A stretch of DNA of 51,914 nt from IMG/VR virus record IMGVR_UViG_3300045988_086792; one strand, given 5' to 3'. The translations under genes were made by a program, and so were the position numbers. Under the pieces are notes generated by a model. The model was not told the DNA's origin. It was given only the letters and a program-made list of their open reading frames with translations, and did no database searches. Numbering within the stretch: the stretch's first letter is position 1; each line of letters starts with the position of its first letter. Positions 26,890 through 35,140 of this stretch are shown piece after piece. This stretch comes from a virus.

Positions 26890-28625
26890 ATACTCACATG
26901 GCATCGGATGAATCCTTGATTAAGATTTTCAACGCTGTGTCTGGCTCCGCGCTGTCTGCCGCCGGTGACGGCAGAACCGCCGTACTGGCAACGGGCAATG
27001 TGGATGCAATCGACGGCTTCTACAACATGATGGCGAAAAAGGCAACCACGCAGAAAGAGATGAACGCACTGTTCATCGACTGGTGGACGGCGAACTGGGA
27101 CCCGACTTTGAGCACCTACAACGGGATGCTGGAACGCTGGTTCGGCACAGTCCTGAATGACAACCGTGTGCATGGCGTGAAGTTCCCGCTGTTCAGCACG
27201 TCCAATACGGCAATCGGCGAGCTGACCGATGACAGCGTTGGTCTGGCCTGCTCTCCTTCTACGGCAACCACGGCCAGCGTGGACGATTTCGCCGCCCTGC
27301 CGCAGTTCTGGTGCGTCGAAGTTGCGGCAGAGAAGAACGCAGACGGCAGCCACACCATTTACGCCTGCCAGTACATCGACGATGACGATGTGGTGCGTGG
27401 CTCGAACCATCTGGTGTGGGTGCTTCAGAAGAACACCTTTACCCGTGAGCGCAACGAGAACGGCTACCGCATTTTCAAGATGCGCTGCAACCCCTCGGCG
27501 GGCTATGAACAGTGGCCGCAGGGTACGGACCGCACCGGAAAGGTCTATCCGTATATCGCCAACCCCAAATATTTTGCCGGTATGCAGGATGACGGCAAAA
27601 TCGGCGGACACACCGGCCTTGCCCCGGTCAACTATACATCGCACACCAAGGGCGTGCAGCTCTGGCGGCAGCGCGGTCCTCAGTATGCGGGCGCATCTGG
27701 CCGCACCCTGAAATGGCAGCTCCGCATGATCTGGCTGAAATATGCCCGTAAGGGTAACTCCGGTACGATTGAGGGTTGCACCTCTTACAACTATCAGTAC
27801 CGCGCAGCATTCAGCGCGGAGAGCGTGAACTACTTCCCGCTGACCGCTGCACAGGCGGCGAATCTGCTGGTTGGTTCGTGGGTCGCAATCGGCAGCCACA
27901 ACAAAGACACGACCGACCGAAACGATGCCAGTCTGCACGACATCCTGACCGAAGCGCAGATCACCCGCATTGAGGACATCGCAGTGGATGATGTGACCTA
28001 CAAGGCCATCTATGTGGACAGCGGTGACGCAACGTGGGATGTGGTGAAGGATCAGTCCATGATCTCCACCATGCCCTACGGCAGCGGCTACAACGATACC
28101 GTGCTGGGCAATGACGGCAGCCGCACCAACTACACCAACGGCAAGGAACCCGGCCTGATCCAGAAGACGGAGTTCCAGAACGGTGCATATCTGATCGTGG
28201 CGGACGAGCTGTGGAAGTGGGACAAAGACGGCGACGGCAACTATACGTTCGACGTTTACACCTGCCACGACCAGACGAAGATCACCACGGACGGCACTAT
28301 TTCGGCGGACTATACCAAGTGCGAAGACCTGACCCTGCGCTTTGCGGATGGTACGCCGAACGCATGGCAGTGTATCGAGGATACTGCCATCAGCGGTGAC
28401 CCGGCGGTGCTGTGGCCTGCTGCTGTTTCAAACCGCGCTGGCAGTGGTACGGGCGTTAAGGCTGGCTTCTACGTCCATCCGGCGGCGTCCGGTGTCCGCG
28501 CGGCTTGGCGGTGCTGCGCCTTGGCCGACGGCGGCTACGCGTCTTTGGCGGCGGCGCCCTCGGGCAGCTGGGTCGGTTACGCGAACTGGCACGGCGGGGT
28601 CGGTGTGCCTGATCTCGCTGGGTAA
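26886..28625 (+). CDS. DGR target (variable) protein, putative receptor-binding protein
   Basis: 579 aa. The last 55 codons contain the VR (GFYVHPAASGVRAAWRCCALADGGYASLAAAPSGSWVGYANWHGGVGV). Confidence 0.85.
   Translation: MNTHMASDESLIKIFNAVSGSALSAAGDGRTAVLATGNVDAIDGFYNMMAKKATTQKEMNALFIDWWTANWDPTLSTYNGMLERWFGTVLNDNRVHGVKFPLFSTSNTAIGELTDDSVGLACSPSTATTASVDDFAALPQFWCVEVAAEKNADGSHTIYACQYIDDDDVVRGSNHLVWVLQKNTFTRERNENGYRIFKMRCNPSAGYEQWPQGTDRTGKVYPYIANPKYFAGMQDDGKIGGHTGLAPVNYTSHTKGVQLWRQRGPQYAGASGRTLKWQLRMIWLKYARKGNSGTIEGCTSYNYQYRAAFSAESVNYFPLTAAQAANLLVGSWVAIGSHNKDTTDRNDASLHDILTEAQITRIEDIAVDDVTYKAIYVDSGDATWDVVKDQSMISTMPYGSGYNDTVLGNDGSRTNYTNGKEPGLIQKTEFQNGAYLIVADELWKWDKDGDGNYTFDVYTCHDQTKITTDGTISADYTKCEDLTLRFADGTPNAWQCIEDTAISGDPAVLWPAAVSNRAGSGTGVKAGFYVHPAASGVRAAWRCCALADGGYASLAAAPSGSWVGYANWHGGVGVPDLAG
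28459..28608 (+). repeat. DGR variable region (VR)
   Basis: 150-nt alignment to 28717-28866 at offset 258. There are 15 differences, every one at a TR adenine. Confidence 0.9.
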
Positions 28626-28640
28626 AGACGGGGTGAATTG

Positions 28641-28656
28641 CCCGGATACTTCCGGG
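28641..28656 (+). promoter_or_regulatory. Hairpin downstream of the VR (candidate DGR target-recognition stem-loop)
   Basis: CCCGGA-TACT-TCCGGG, a 6-bp stem with a 4-nt loop, 32 nt after the VR/TR homology ends. Confidence 0.45.
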
Positions 28657-28660
28657 CAAG

Positions 28661-28681
28661 AGGGGCAGTCAGCCCCTTTTT
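28661..28681 (+). terminator. Intrinsic terminator after the DGR target gene
   Basis: AGGGGC-AGTCA-GCCCCT followed by TTTTT. Confidence 0.65.
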
Positions 28682-28716
28682 GACGATATAGAGATTTTGG
28701 GATGTATGGTGTCCAC

Positions 28717-28866
28717 AGGCTGGCTTCTACGTCAATCCGGCAGCGTCCGGTGTCCGCGCGGCTTGGCGGTGCTGCAACTTGAACAACGGCGGCAACGCGT
28801 CTTTGGCGGCGGCGAACTCGAACAACTGGGTCGGTAACGCGAACTGGAACGGCGGGGTCGGTGTGC
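28717..28866 (+). repeat. DGR template repeat (TR)
   Basis: Non-coding copy of the VR with 25 adenines and 11 AAY codons in the VR frame. 125/125 non-A positions are identical to the VR. Confidence 0.9.
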
Positions 28867-29068
28867 AACTGGTTCAAAAAATCATCATTCATTGCATCAT
28901 ATATTCCACGCTTATGTGCGAAAATTTCTTGAAACCAGCATCACGGCGCTGCGTCCGCAGGAAAGGGCGGGTCCATCCGTGGCGGCAGGACAAGGAACCT
29001 GCTGGCGGCTAGTAGCATAGGCCGAAAGGCTGAACCCGAAAGCCGTTGAAGAACCAGATGATTTTTAT

Positions 29069-30304
29069 ATGAAAACTTATTGTAAACCGAAAGATGTTGA
29101 CATTGAGGATACCAATTTCAACATGGAAGCGGTGCATTGTGCATTCGGAAATGGAAAGCTCCGGCGGCGGGATTTCAGAACGGTTTTGACAAAGACCGGG
29201 AAAATCTCGGAACCGGAGCTGTTTTATGAGCGGAAAGAGCACAAGTGCCACAAGATCATTGATGCCATTGACGCGGTGGCTGAACAGGAAACGCAGAAGA
29301 TTCGGGACGAATGCCTGAACCTGAAACCGGTCCGGCAGTTCAAACGCATTGACGGAACCAAGATGAAAGAGCGAAATCTCTGTCAGGAGTCGCCGGAACA
29401 GCAGGTGCATGAATACATCCTCGTTCATGCACTTCAACCGCTGTTCCGCGCAAAGTTCCTGCCGGCCCAATTCGGGAGCATCCCGGGAAAAGGACAAGTG
29501 GCTGGAACCAGACTGATCGAGCGGATCATCCGAAAGAGAATCCTCGGAAAACTGGATGCGGTAAAAGGCGACGTGCATCATGCGTACCCATCCACCACGA
29601 CGCTCTGCGTCATAACGCTGCTGAAACGCGACGTCGGGAAAAACAAAAAGCTGATCTGGTATGCCGGGGCGGTGACAGAAAACTACCCGGACGGCGTTCT
29701 TCTGATTGGCGGATATTTCTCAACATGGGCGTTCAACTACATTATGAGCTACGTCCTGCGCTATCTGATGTCTCTGGTGCAGGTGCGCCGGGGCAGCGGG
29801 TCTAAGCTGGTGCGGGAAATCGTGTGCTATGCAGATGATTTTGTGCTTATCGGGCACGCTTCGCAGCTCATGAAAGCAATGAAGAAAGCAACGAGGTGGG
29901 CAAAGTCTGCGCTGGGGCTTGAGATCAAACGGGCATGGCAGGAAGTGCGGTTTGCATCTTTCGAGAAAGAAAAACAGGTGAAAGCCGCGCGGGCGGCGGG
30001 CAGCCATTACCGGACACCGGCGTTGGACATGATGGGATTTGCGGTACGCCGCACCTATACCATCGTCCGCAAAGGAGTATTCCGCAGAATCCGGCGGCAG
30101 CTGCTCCGCGCCGCTCGTGATCTTGCAACGCTTGGATTTGTTCCGCATTGGAGAGCATCCAAACTGACGGCTTACAATGGTTGGTTTACAAACAGCGACA
30201 GTACAAACCTTGAGGAAAAGTACGATGTCGAGAAAATCATGCGGGCGGCGCGATGGAGCGTTGCCCGCTGGTCTATGATCCAGAACAGGAGGAAAGCAGC
30301 ATGA
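29069..30304 (+). CDS. DGR reverse transcriptase
   Basis: 411 aa. YADDFVLIG (motif C). LLIGGYFSTWAFNY (IGxxxS-type motif). It starts 202 nt after the TR. Confidence 0.85.
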   Translation: MKTYCKPKDVDIEDTNFNMEAVHCAFGNGKLRRRDFRTVLTKTGKISEPELFYERKEHKCHKIIDAIDAVAEQETQKIRDECLNLKPVRQFKRIDGTKMKERNLCQESPEQQVHEYILVHALQPLFRAKFLPAQFGSIPGKGQVAGTRLIERIIRKRILGKLDAVKGDVHHAYPSTTTLCVITLLKRDVGKNKKLIWYAGAVTENYPDGVLLIGGYFSTWAFNYIMSYVLRYLMSLVQVRRGSGSKLVREIVCYADDFVLIGHASQLMKAMKKATRWAKSALGLEIKRAWQEVRFASFEKEKQVKAARAAGSHYRTPALDMMGFAVRRTYTIVRKGVFRRIRRQLLRAARDLATLGFVPHWRASKLTAYNGWFTNSDSTNLEEKYDVEKIMRAARWSVARWSMIQNRRKAA

Positions 30305-30687
30305 AAGAAATCTATTCGTTCCAGCCGGAAGCGGTCGAGGTGTTCCGCGTAGGTGACGATACCGACTTGATCCTGCGCAAGAACATCGAGAAGCAGCAGA
30401 TGACCGACGATGAGGGTAAGGCGTATACCGTTTACGCCTGCGATGAACGGCAGGTGCGCTACGCCGGGGTGCTGACCGCCGAAGAGGTCCAGAAGAACTT
30501 CGACAAGTGGTGGGACTATGCGCCGCCCACGCCCGTGCCCGTGCCGGAGAAAAAGAAGTTGGAAGACCGGGTGAAAGAGCTGGAAGCGCAGAGTACCACC
30601 ATGGCAGACCAGCTCACCAGTACCCAGATGGCACTTTGCGATGTGTACGAACAGGTGCTGAGCGCAACCAGCACCGCCACAGAATGA
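30301..30687 (+). CDS. Hypothetical protein (XkdW-position)
   Basis: 128 aa from ATG 30301 (ATGA overlap with the RT stop, SD CAGGAGGA). The C-terminus is coiled-coil. Confidence 0.55.
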   Translation: MKEIYSFQPEAVEVFRVGDDTDLILRKNIEKQQMTDDEGKAYTVYACDERQVRYAGVLTAEEVQKNFDKWWDYAPPTPVPVPEKKKLEDRVKELEAQSTTMADQLTSTQMALCDVYEQVLSATSTATE

Positions 30688-30704
30688 GCACGGAGGTATG
30701 AACT

Positions 30705-30830
30705 ATGAGCACTGACTACATGGCGACGGTCTATGCAGACCTGATCCGCAAGGGCAAGAAGACTCTGGCGCAGGTGCCGAAGAGCTTGCAGAAAAAGGTG
30801 AAAGCCCTGCTGGCGGAGGATAACAAGTGA
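30705..30830 (+). CDS. Small CD1375-like phage protein, copy 1
   Basis: 41 aa: MSTDYMATVYADLIRKGKKTLAQVPKSLQKKVKALLAEDNK. SD GGAGG 7 nt upstream. Below the ORF-track size cutoff. Confidence 0.55.
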   Translation: MSTDYMATVYADLIRKGKKTLAQVPKSLQKKVKALLAEDNK

Positions 30831-30883
30831 GTATCCTTCGCGAGCTGATGCTTAAAATCTTGCTGAGAAAGGAGGTGGACGTG

Positions 30884-31000
30884 ATGGCAGTTGTCTATGC
30901 TACCCTTATCATCAAGGGCAGGAAGACCATTGATCAGGTTCCGGCAATCATCCGGGATGAGGTCAAGCAGATTCTGAAGGACCTTGAGGTTGAGGTCTGA
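30884..31000 (+). CDS. Small CD1375-like phage protein, copy 2
   Basis: 38 aa: MAVVYATLIIKGRKTIDQVPAIIRDEVKQILKDLEVEV, a paralogue of copy 1. SD AAGGAGGTGG. Confidence 0.55.
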   Translation: MAVVYATLIIKGRKTIDQVPAIIRDEVKQILKDLEVEV

Positions 31001-31010
31001 GGAAAGAGGC

Positions 31011-31043
31011 GGGGTGCGGCGGGAGCTGCACCCCATTTTATTT
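31011..31043 (+). terminator. Intrinsic terminator before the lysis cassette
   Basis: GGGGTGC-(10 nt)-GCACCCC followed by ATTTTATTT. Confidence 0.65.
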
Positions 31044-31059
31044 GAAAGGACGTGATCGT

Positions 31060-31482
31060 ATGGCACTGAACGTATATTCCCTTGAACGGGACGGCGAAAA
31101 AAGCCTGTCTAAAAATTTCAAGGTGAGGGAGTTCCGCTGCAAGGATGGATCTGATCCGATCTTCATTGACAGCGAGTTGGTGGAAATTTTGCAGAAAGTC
31201 CGGGATCACTTCGGCTCGCCGGTGCACATCAACAGTGCATATCGGACTGCCGCTTACAATCTGAGCAAGAAGGTGGGCGGCGCAAAGTTCAGCCAGCACC
31301 AGTATGGCAAGGCAGCAGACATCTACATCCAAGGCATCCTCATCACGAAGCTGGCCGAGTATGTGGAGACGCTGATGCCCAACAAAGGCGGCATTGGTAT
31401 CTATCCCATCAAGCCCGGTGTGCGGGACTGTGCCTTTGTCCATGTGGATGTCAGGGCGGCCAAGAGCCGCTGGAGAGGCTAA
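31060..31482 (+). CDS. Endolysin, zinc peptidase M15-type (D-Ala-D-Ala carboxypeptidase-like)
   Basis: FKVREFRCKDG...INSAYRTAAYN...GGAKFSQHQYGKAADI...FVHVDV carries the H-x6-D...H metal ligands. ATG 31060 is preferred over TTG 31042. Confidence 0.75.
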   Translation: MALNVYSLERDGEKSLSKNFKVREFRCKDGSDPIFIDSELVEILQKVRDHFGSPVHINSAYRTAAYNLSKKVGGAKFSQHQYGKAADIYIQGILITKLAEYVETLMPNKGGIGIYPIKPGVRDCAFVHVDVRAAKSRWRG

Positions 31483-31506
31483 TATAAAAAGACAGGAGGA
31501 AGCAAC

Positions 31507-31902
31507 ATGACTGAGATTCTGAAATCCTTTTTGATGATCTTCCCTGAATGGCTTGCAGCCATTCTTGTGATGGTTGGCGTGGTCGTTGCCGCGCTGGGTC
31601 TGGTCCGTCTGGGCTACGGTCTTTTCGTGGCGAAGACGGTGTACAAGTGGATCGTCAACGCAGAGGAGAAGTTCGGCACGGGTGCAGGCGCGGAGAAGAA
31701 AGCACACGTTATTGCGGTGCTGCGCGGCTACACCCCGGACTGGCTGGACTGGGCAATCAACGAGAAAACGCTGGACTGGATCGTGCAGTTTGTTTTCAAC
31801 ATGACCAAGAAAAGACTCGAAGAGTACATGGCAAAGAAATCCAAAGAAACCGCAACTGTGGCCCATTTCGGTAAGGTGGGGGAGGACAAGTGGAATGACT
31901 AA
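31507..31902 (+). CDS. Putative holin (LL-H-like)
   Basis: 131 aa with an N-terminal hydrophobic segment (WLAAILVMVGVVVAALGLV), adjacent to the endolysin. Confidence 0.5.
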   Translation: MTEILKSFLMIFPEWLAAILVMVGVVVAALGLVRLGYGLFVAKTVYKWIVNAEEKFGTGAGAEKKAHVIAVLRGYTPDWLDWAINEKTLDWIVQFVFNMTKKRLEEYMAKKSKETATVAHFGKVGEDKWND

Positions 31903-32212
31903 TGAGGAGCTGGAACATCGCTTGACGGATGTTGAAAACAGAAGCAAGAGCAATACCCGCCGACTCGACGGCATGGAAAAGCTGACCGATGCGGTAAATG
32001 GCATGAACACCAACATCAAGCTGACAATCCAGCAACTCGAAACCACAAACAAGAACCTCGAAAATGTAACGGCTCAGAATAAAAAGCAGGACGACCGCCT
32101 GACCGCGTTAGAAAAAGCCCCCGGAGCTTTCGGAAACAAGCTCTGGTGGGCTGTCATTGCGGCCTTTATCTCTGGCTTCGTAGCCTATGAGCTGGCTGCA
32201 CTCCTGCACTGA
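31895..32212 (+). CDS. xhlA: XhlA-like lysis-associated membrane protein
   Basis: 105 aa. N-terminal coiled coil plus a C-terminal TM (LWWAVIAAFISGFVAYELAALL). Confidence 0.5.
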   Translation: MTNEELEHRLTDVENRSKSNTRRLDGMEKLTDAVNGMNTNIKLTIQQLETTNKNLENVTAQNKKQDDRLTALEKAPGAFGNKLWWAVIAAFISGFVAYELAALLH

Positions 32213-32219
32213 AACTGAA

Positions 32220-32265
32220 ATCCCCCGCTGGCAATCCGAAAGGAAAGCTGGCGGGGGATTTTTTG
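32220..32265 (+). terminator. Terminator at the end of the late operon
   Basis: ATCCCCCGCTGGC-(14 nt)-GCTGGCGGGGGAT followed by TTTTT. Confidence 0.75.
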
Positions 32266-32287
32266 CGTGTATGGGAAAGTTTCCACA

Positions 32288-33633
32288 AATTCAACGGTGA
32301 AAATGTTGAGAAGTTGCCTAATTGAAAATAGCTGGGAAGTGGGTTATTATTGAAATGCGAAGAAATGCGAAAGAATGCGACACGAAAGGAGGTAAAACAG
32401 TGTGAGAACATTCCGGCATTTGACGTGGATAGACCGACTTCGGATTGAAAAATGGCTGAGGCAGGGACTAAAACCAAAGGACATTGCAGGAAAACTGAGA
32501 GTGCATATCTCGACGGTGTACAATGAACTGCGCCGGGGAGCATATGAAAAGTTGGACAGTGACACATGGGAGCTGGTGCAGGCGTACAGCCCGGACATTG
32601 CAGAGCAGAAATATCAAGCGCATTTAAGGGAAAAAGGCCCGGACTTGAAAATTGGTAAAGACCATGAGCTTGCCAATTATATTGAAACCACAATCCTTGA
32701 TAAAGAATGTAGTCCGGCGGCGGTGCTTGGCTATGCAAAGCAGGAGGGCAGATGTTTTCAGACGAGCGTTTCCGTGCAAACGATATACCACTATATCCAG
32801 AAAGGCTTGTTTCTAAACCTGACTCAAAAAGAGCTGCCCCGGCACGGAAAGCGGAAACAGCCGTACAAAAAAGTCTGCAAAAAAGCGTCGGCCCGCGCAC
32901 CAGCAGGAGAAAGCGTTGAGCAGCGTCCGCCGGAAGTCAACGACCGGGAAGAGTTCGGACATTGGGAGGGCGATACGGTGTATAGCGGCAAGGGAAAGGT
33001 TAAAACTACCTGCGCACTGTTCACGATGACAGAACGCAAAACCCGAAACGAGATTATTATAGGTGTGCCGAACCGGAAAGCAGAAACCATTGTGCGGGCA
33101 GTCGATGCACTGGAACGGAAACTGGGAGCAAGAAAGTTCCGCGCGATTTTCAAGAGCATCACGTTTGATAATGGAACGGAGTTTGCAGCGGCGGAGAGCT
33201 TGGAACGGTCGTGTATCAACAAGACCATTCCCCGAACGAGAGTCTATTACTGCCACCCCTATTCATCGTGGGAACGCGGTAGCAATGAACACGTTAATGG
33301 AATGATCCGGCGCAGGCATCCGAAAGGAACGGATTTCTCTAAGGTGTCCAAGGAAGAAATCGCGGCGACCGAGAAGTGGATCAATGAGTACCCACGGCGG
33401 ATTTTTGGGTACAAGAGCAGCGCGATTATGTTCCAAGAGTGCTTAAACGAACTAGGCATCGCCATCTGAAAACAGGGCAGACCTGCACAAAAACGGGAGG
33501 CGGAGAGCGAAAATATGATGAATTGAATAGGCAAACGGGAAGCTGCAAGAAAAAATAACGTCTTGGCGGCTTATTTGCGATTATGCAAAATAAATAGAAT
33601 TTTTGCAAAAATTTTGGAGAATTTAACGGTTGA
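32288..33633 (+). mobile_element. IS30-family insertion sequence (boundaries approximate)
   Basis: Carries the transposase gene. Near-palindromic AATT(C/T)AACGGT boxes at 32288-32300 and 33619-33633 flank it. It is AT-richer than the phage backbone. Confidence 0.55.
32402..33469 (+). CDS. IS30-family DDE transposase
   Basis: 355 aa. N-terminal HTH. GHWEGD, FDNGTEF and ERGSNEHVNG catalytic-region motifs. Confidence 0.85.
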   Translation: MRTFRHLTWIDRLRIEKWLRQGLKPKDIAGKLRVHISTVYNELRRGAYEKLDSDTWELVQAYSPDIAEQKYQAHLREKGPDLKIGKDHELANYIETTILDKECSPAAVLGYAKQEGRCFQTSVSVQTIYHYIQKGLFLNLTQKELPRHGKRKQPYKKVCKKASARAPAGESVEQRPPEVNDREEFGHWEGDTVYSGKGKVKTTCALFTMTERKTRNEIIIGVPNRKAETIVRAVDALERKLGARKFRAIFKSITFDNGTEFAAAESLERSCINKTIPRTRVYYCHPYSSWERGSNEHVNGMIRRRHPKGTDFSKVSKEEIAATEKWINEYPRRIFGYKSSAIMFQECLNELGIAI

Positions 33634-33732
33634 TTTTTCAGTGCTGAATAGTTAAAATAAATGCGAAAGAAATCGAAAGGTTTCTTCCGCATTATTTTTT
33701 TGCGCAAAAATCGGGAAAGGGGGCCGAAAAGC

Positions 33733-33954
33733 ATGGGCGGAAGACGTTTGACGCTGGAAGACCGGAAGAAAATTGAAGATCGCTGGCTTGCCGGTGACAG
33801 CATTGCCGACATCGCGGCGTGTGTGGGCGCTCATTGTTCGACGATTTATCTTGAGATGAAGCGCGGCGACACGGGGAAGATGGACTGCAACGGTCGCGGA
33901 GGTTATAGTGCAGAGCTGGCACAGAAAGCAATCTTCACCCGGCGGCATCATTAA
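33733..33954 (+). CDS. IS30-like N-terminal HTH-only ORF (truncated paralogue or small regulator)
   Basis: 73 aa: LTLEDRKKIEDRWLAGDSIADIAACVGAHCSTIYLEMKRG, parallel to the transposase N-terminus. Its upstream AAATGCGAAAGAAAT box resembles 32353-32390. Confidence 0.45.
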   Translation: MGGRRLTLEDRKKIEDRWLAGDSIADIAACVGAHCSTIYLEMKRGDTGKMDCNGRGGYSAELAQKAIFTRRHH

Positions 33955-33974
33955 AAATAGTGGAGGTGAAGAAA

Positions 33975-34136
33975 ATGGGAGTGGTAGCGGTGGCAATCGT
34001 GGTTGTATGCGCCGCACTCTATACGGCGTTTGAACTCATCGAACGCCGAAAGCGGCGTAACTTTGAAGAGCAGCTACGCCAGTACATTAAAGAGCACAAA
34101 GGAGATTGGGACAATGCCAATGAAAACTTGCATTGA
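33975..34136 (+). CDS. Small membrane protein
   Basis: 53 aa: MGVVAVAIVVVCAALYTAFELIERRKRR... SD GGAGGTG. Below the ORF-track cutoff. Confidence 0.45.
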   Translation: MGVVAVAIVVVCAALYTAFELIERRKRRNFEEQLRQYIKEHKGDWDNANENLH

Positions 34137-34413
34137 CTGCGGCATGGTCTTCCCGGCGGAAAACTCTAGCGCGAAACGCTGCTGTCTCTGCGTTGCAAAA
34201 CATAGAGCAAAGGGAGCGTTGGTAAAGGCGTATCCGAAACCGGCAGTCGATGCCCTGACCAGAGATGTTCGGCTGGCGGATGCCGCCGGCAAGTCCTATG
34301 GAGTTTGGCGAAAGGATCAGATGCTTGCCGAACAAAAGGCGCGGGAAGAACTGGAAGCGGCGCTGGCCCGGAATGAGAAGCACCGCAAAAAGAAAGAGAG
34401 GCAGAGTGAATGA
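34114..34413 (+). CDS. Zinc-ribbon protein (hypothetical)
   Basis: 99 aa from ATG 34114 (SD AAAGGAG). CIDCG...CCLC. Confidence 0.5.
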   Translation: MPMKTCIDCGMVFPAENSSAKRCCLCVAKHRAKGALVKAYPKPAVDALTRDVRLADAAGKSYGVWRKDQMLAEQKAREELEAALARNEKHRKKKERQSE

Positions 34414-34667
34414 ATATCGGGAAGTGTAGTGGCTGCGGTCGGCCTATTATCTGGATCGTCACCACGAACGGAAAGAAAATGCCTTGCAATCCCGGTGCGC
34501 ACACGGCGTTCAAGGGGCCGACCGGCAACAAGGATAAAATCGTGACCGGAACGGGCATGGTTGTTTCCTGCGACTTGAGCCAGAGCGGCGGTGTTCTTGC
34601 TGGCGTTGGGTATATTCCACATTGGGCAACCTGTCCGGCAGTGAGTAAGTTCAAGAAAGGAAAATAG
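34410..34667 (+). CDS. Hypothetical Cys-containing protein
   Basis: 85 aa. CSGCG...C...HWATC. Coupled start and stop. Confidence 0.5.
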   Translation: MNIGKCSGCGRPIIWIVTTNGKKMPCNPGAHTAFKGPTGNKDKIVTGTGMVVSCDLSQSGGVLAGVGYIPHWATCPAVSKFKKGK

Positions 34668-34668
34668 C

Positions 34669-34860
34669 ATGAAAAGCGAAAAGAGCGTGGAAATCGTTGC
34701 AGGAATTTTGACTGCGGTGATAAGTGGCCTTATGACGTGGGCGGTCTTTTCCGGTGCATCTTGTGTAATCTGCTGGCTGGTAGGCTGGAAATTTAGCTTG
34801 AGAATTTCAACGGCGGTTTGGATAGGATGTTGCCTTGTCCGGTGGATGCTGAACGGCTGA
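34669..34860 (+). CDS. Small membrane protein
   Basis: 63 aa with two hydrophobic segments. Confidence 0.45.
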   Translation: MKSEKSVEIVAGILTAVISGLMTWAVFSGASCVICWLVGWKFSLRISTAVWIGCCLVRWMLNG

Positions 34861-35038
34861 CCGGAAAAAAGGTCTGGGTGAACCACAACACACCCACCGT
34901 GCGACCGGAAACGTGGGGACGCAGATGGTCGCCCCGGTCATCCGACAGCCGGGGGTCCTACCTACTGAGGACTGAAAGAATACATAGGGCGGCCCGCATG
35001 GGCAGAGGGCGGTGTCCTGTCAACATCGCCTTTTCTAT

Positions 35039-35102
35039 GGAGTATGCAGGCGCATCCGGGGGAGTAGCCCCGGAACTGGTTCGATTCCAGAGTGCTCCAC
35101 CA
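35039..35102 (+). ncRNA. tRNA-like minihelix B (acceptor stem, hairpin, T-arm, ACCA end)
   Basis: GGAGTAT pairs with GTGCTCC (two G-U pairs). Hairpin CCGGGG/CCCCGG. T-arm CTGG-TTCGATT-CCAG. Ends A-CCA. Preceded by hairpin 35008-35030 and TTTTCTAT. Not a canonical cloverleaf. Confidence 0.45.
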
Positions 35103-35140
35103 GATCGAATATTCACCCGAAAGTAGAAAGGATGCTCGAA

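Noticed and set aside
28779-29012. 77-aa ORF overlapping the TR (MNNGGNASLAAANSNNWVGNANWNGG...).
   Set aside because: It is the TR read in the VR frame. It has no SD, and a TR is expected to be non-coding. It is not an Avd candidate.
30301-30687. Possible Avd accessory protein of the DGR.
   Set aside because: It is acidic, with a mixed beta-rich N-terminus and a coiled-coil tail. It is not a basic four-helix bundle. Its position fits an XkdW-like fibre-module gene.
34905-35102. Possible tmRNA gene. GGGGACG occurs at about 34914 and ...GGTTCGATTCCAGAGTGCTCCACCA at the 3' end.
   Set aside because: GGGGACG cannot pair with GTGCTCC as an acceptor stem. There is no GGNTTCGAC D-loop analogue and no plausible tag ORF ending in hydrophobic residues plus a stop. 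The span of about 190 nt is too short. Only the 64-nt 3' minihelix is kept, as a tRNA-like element.
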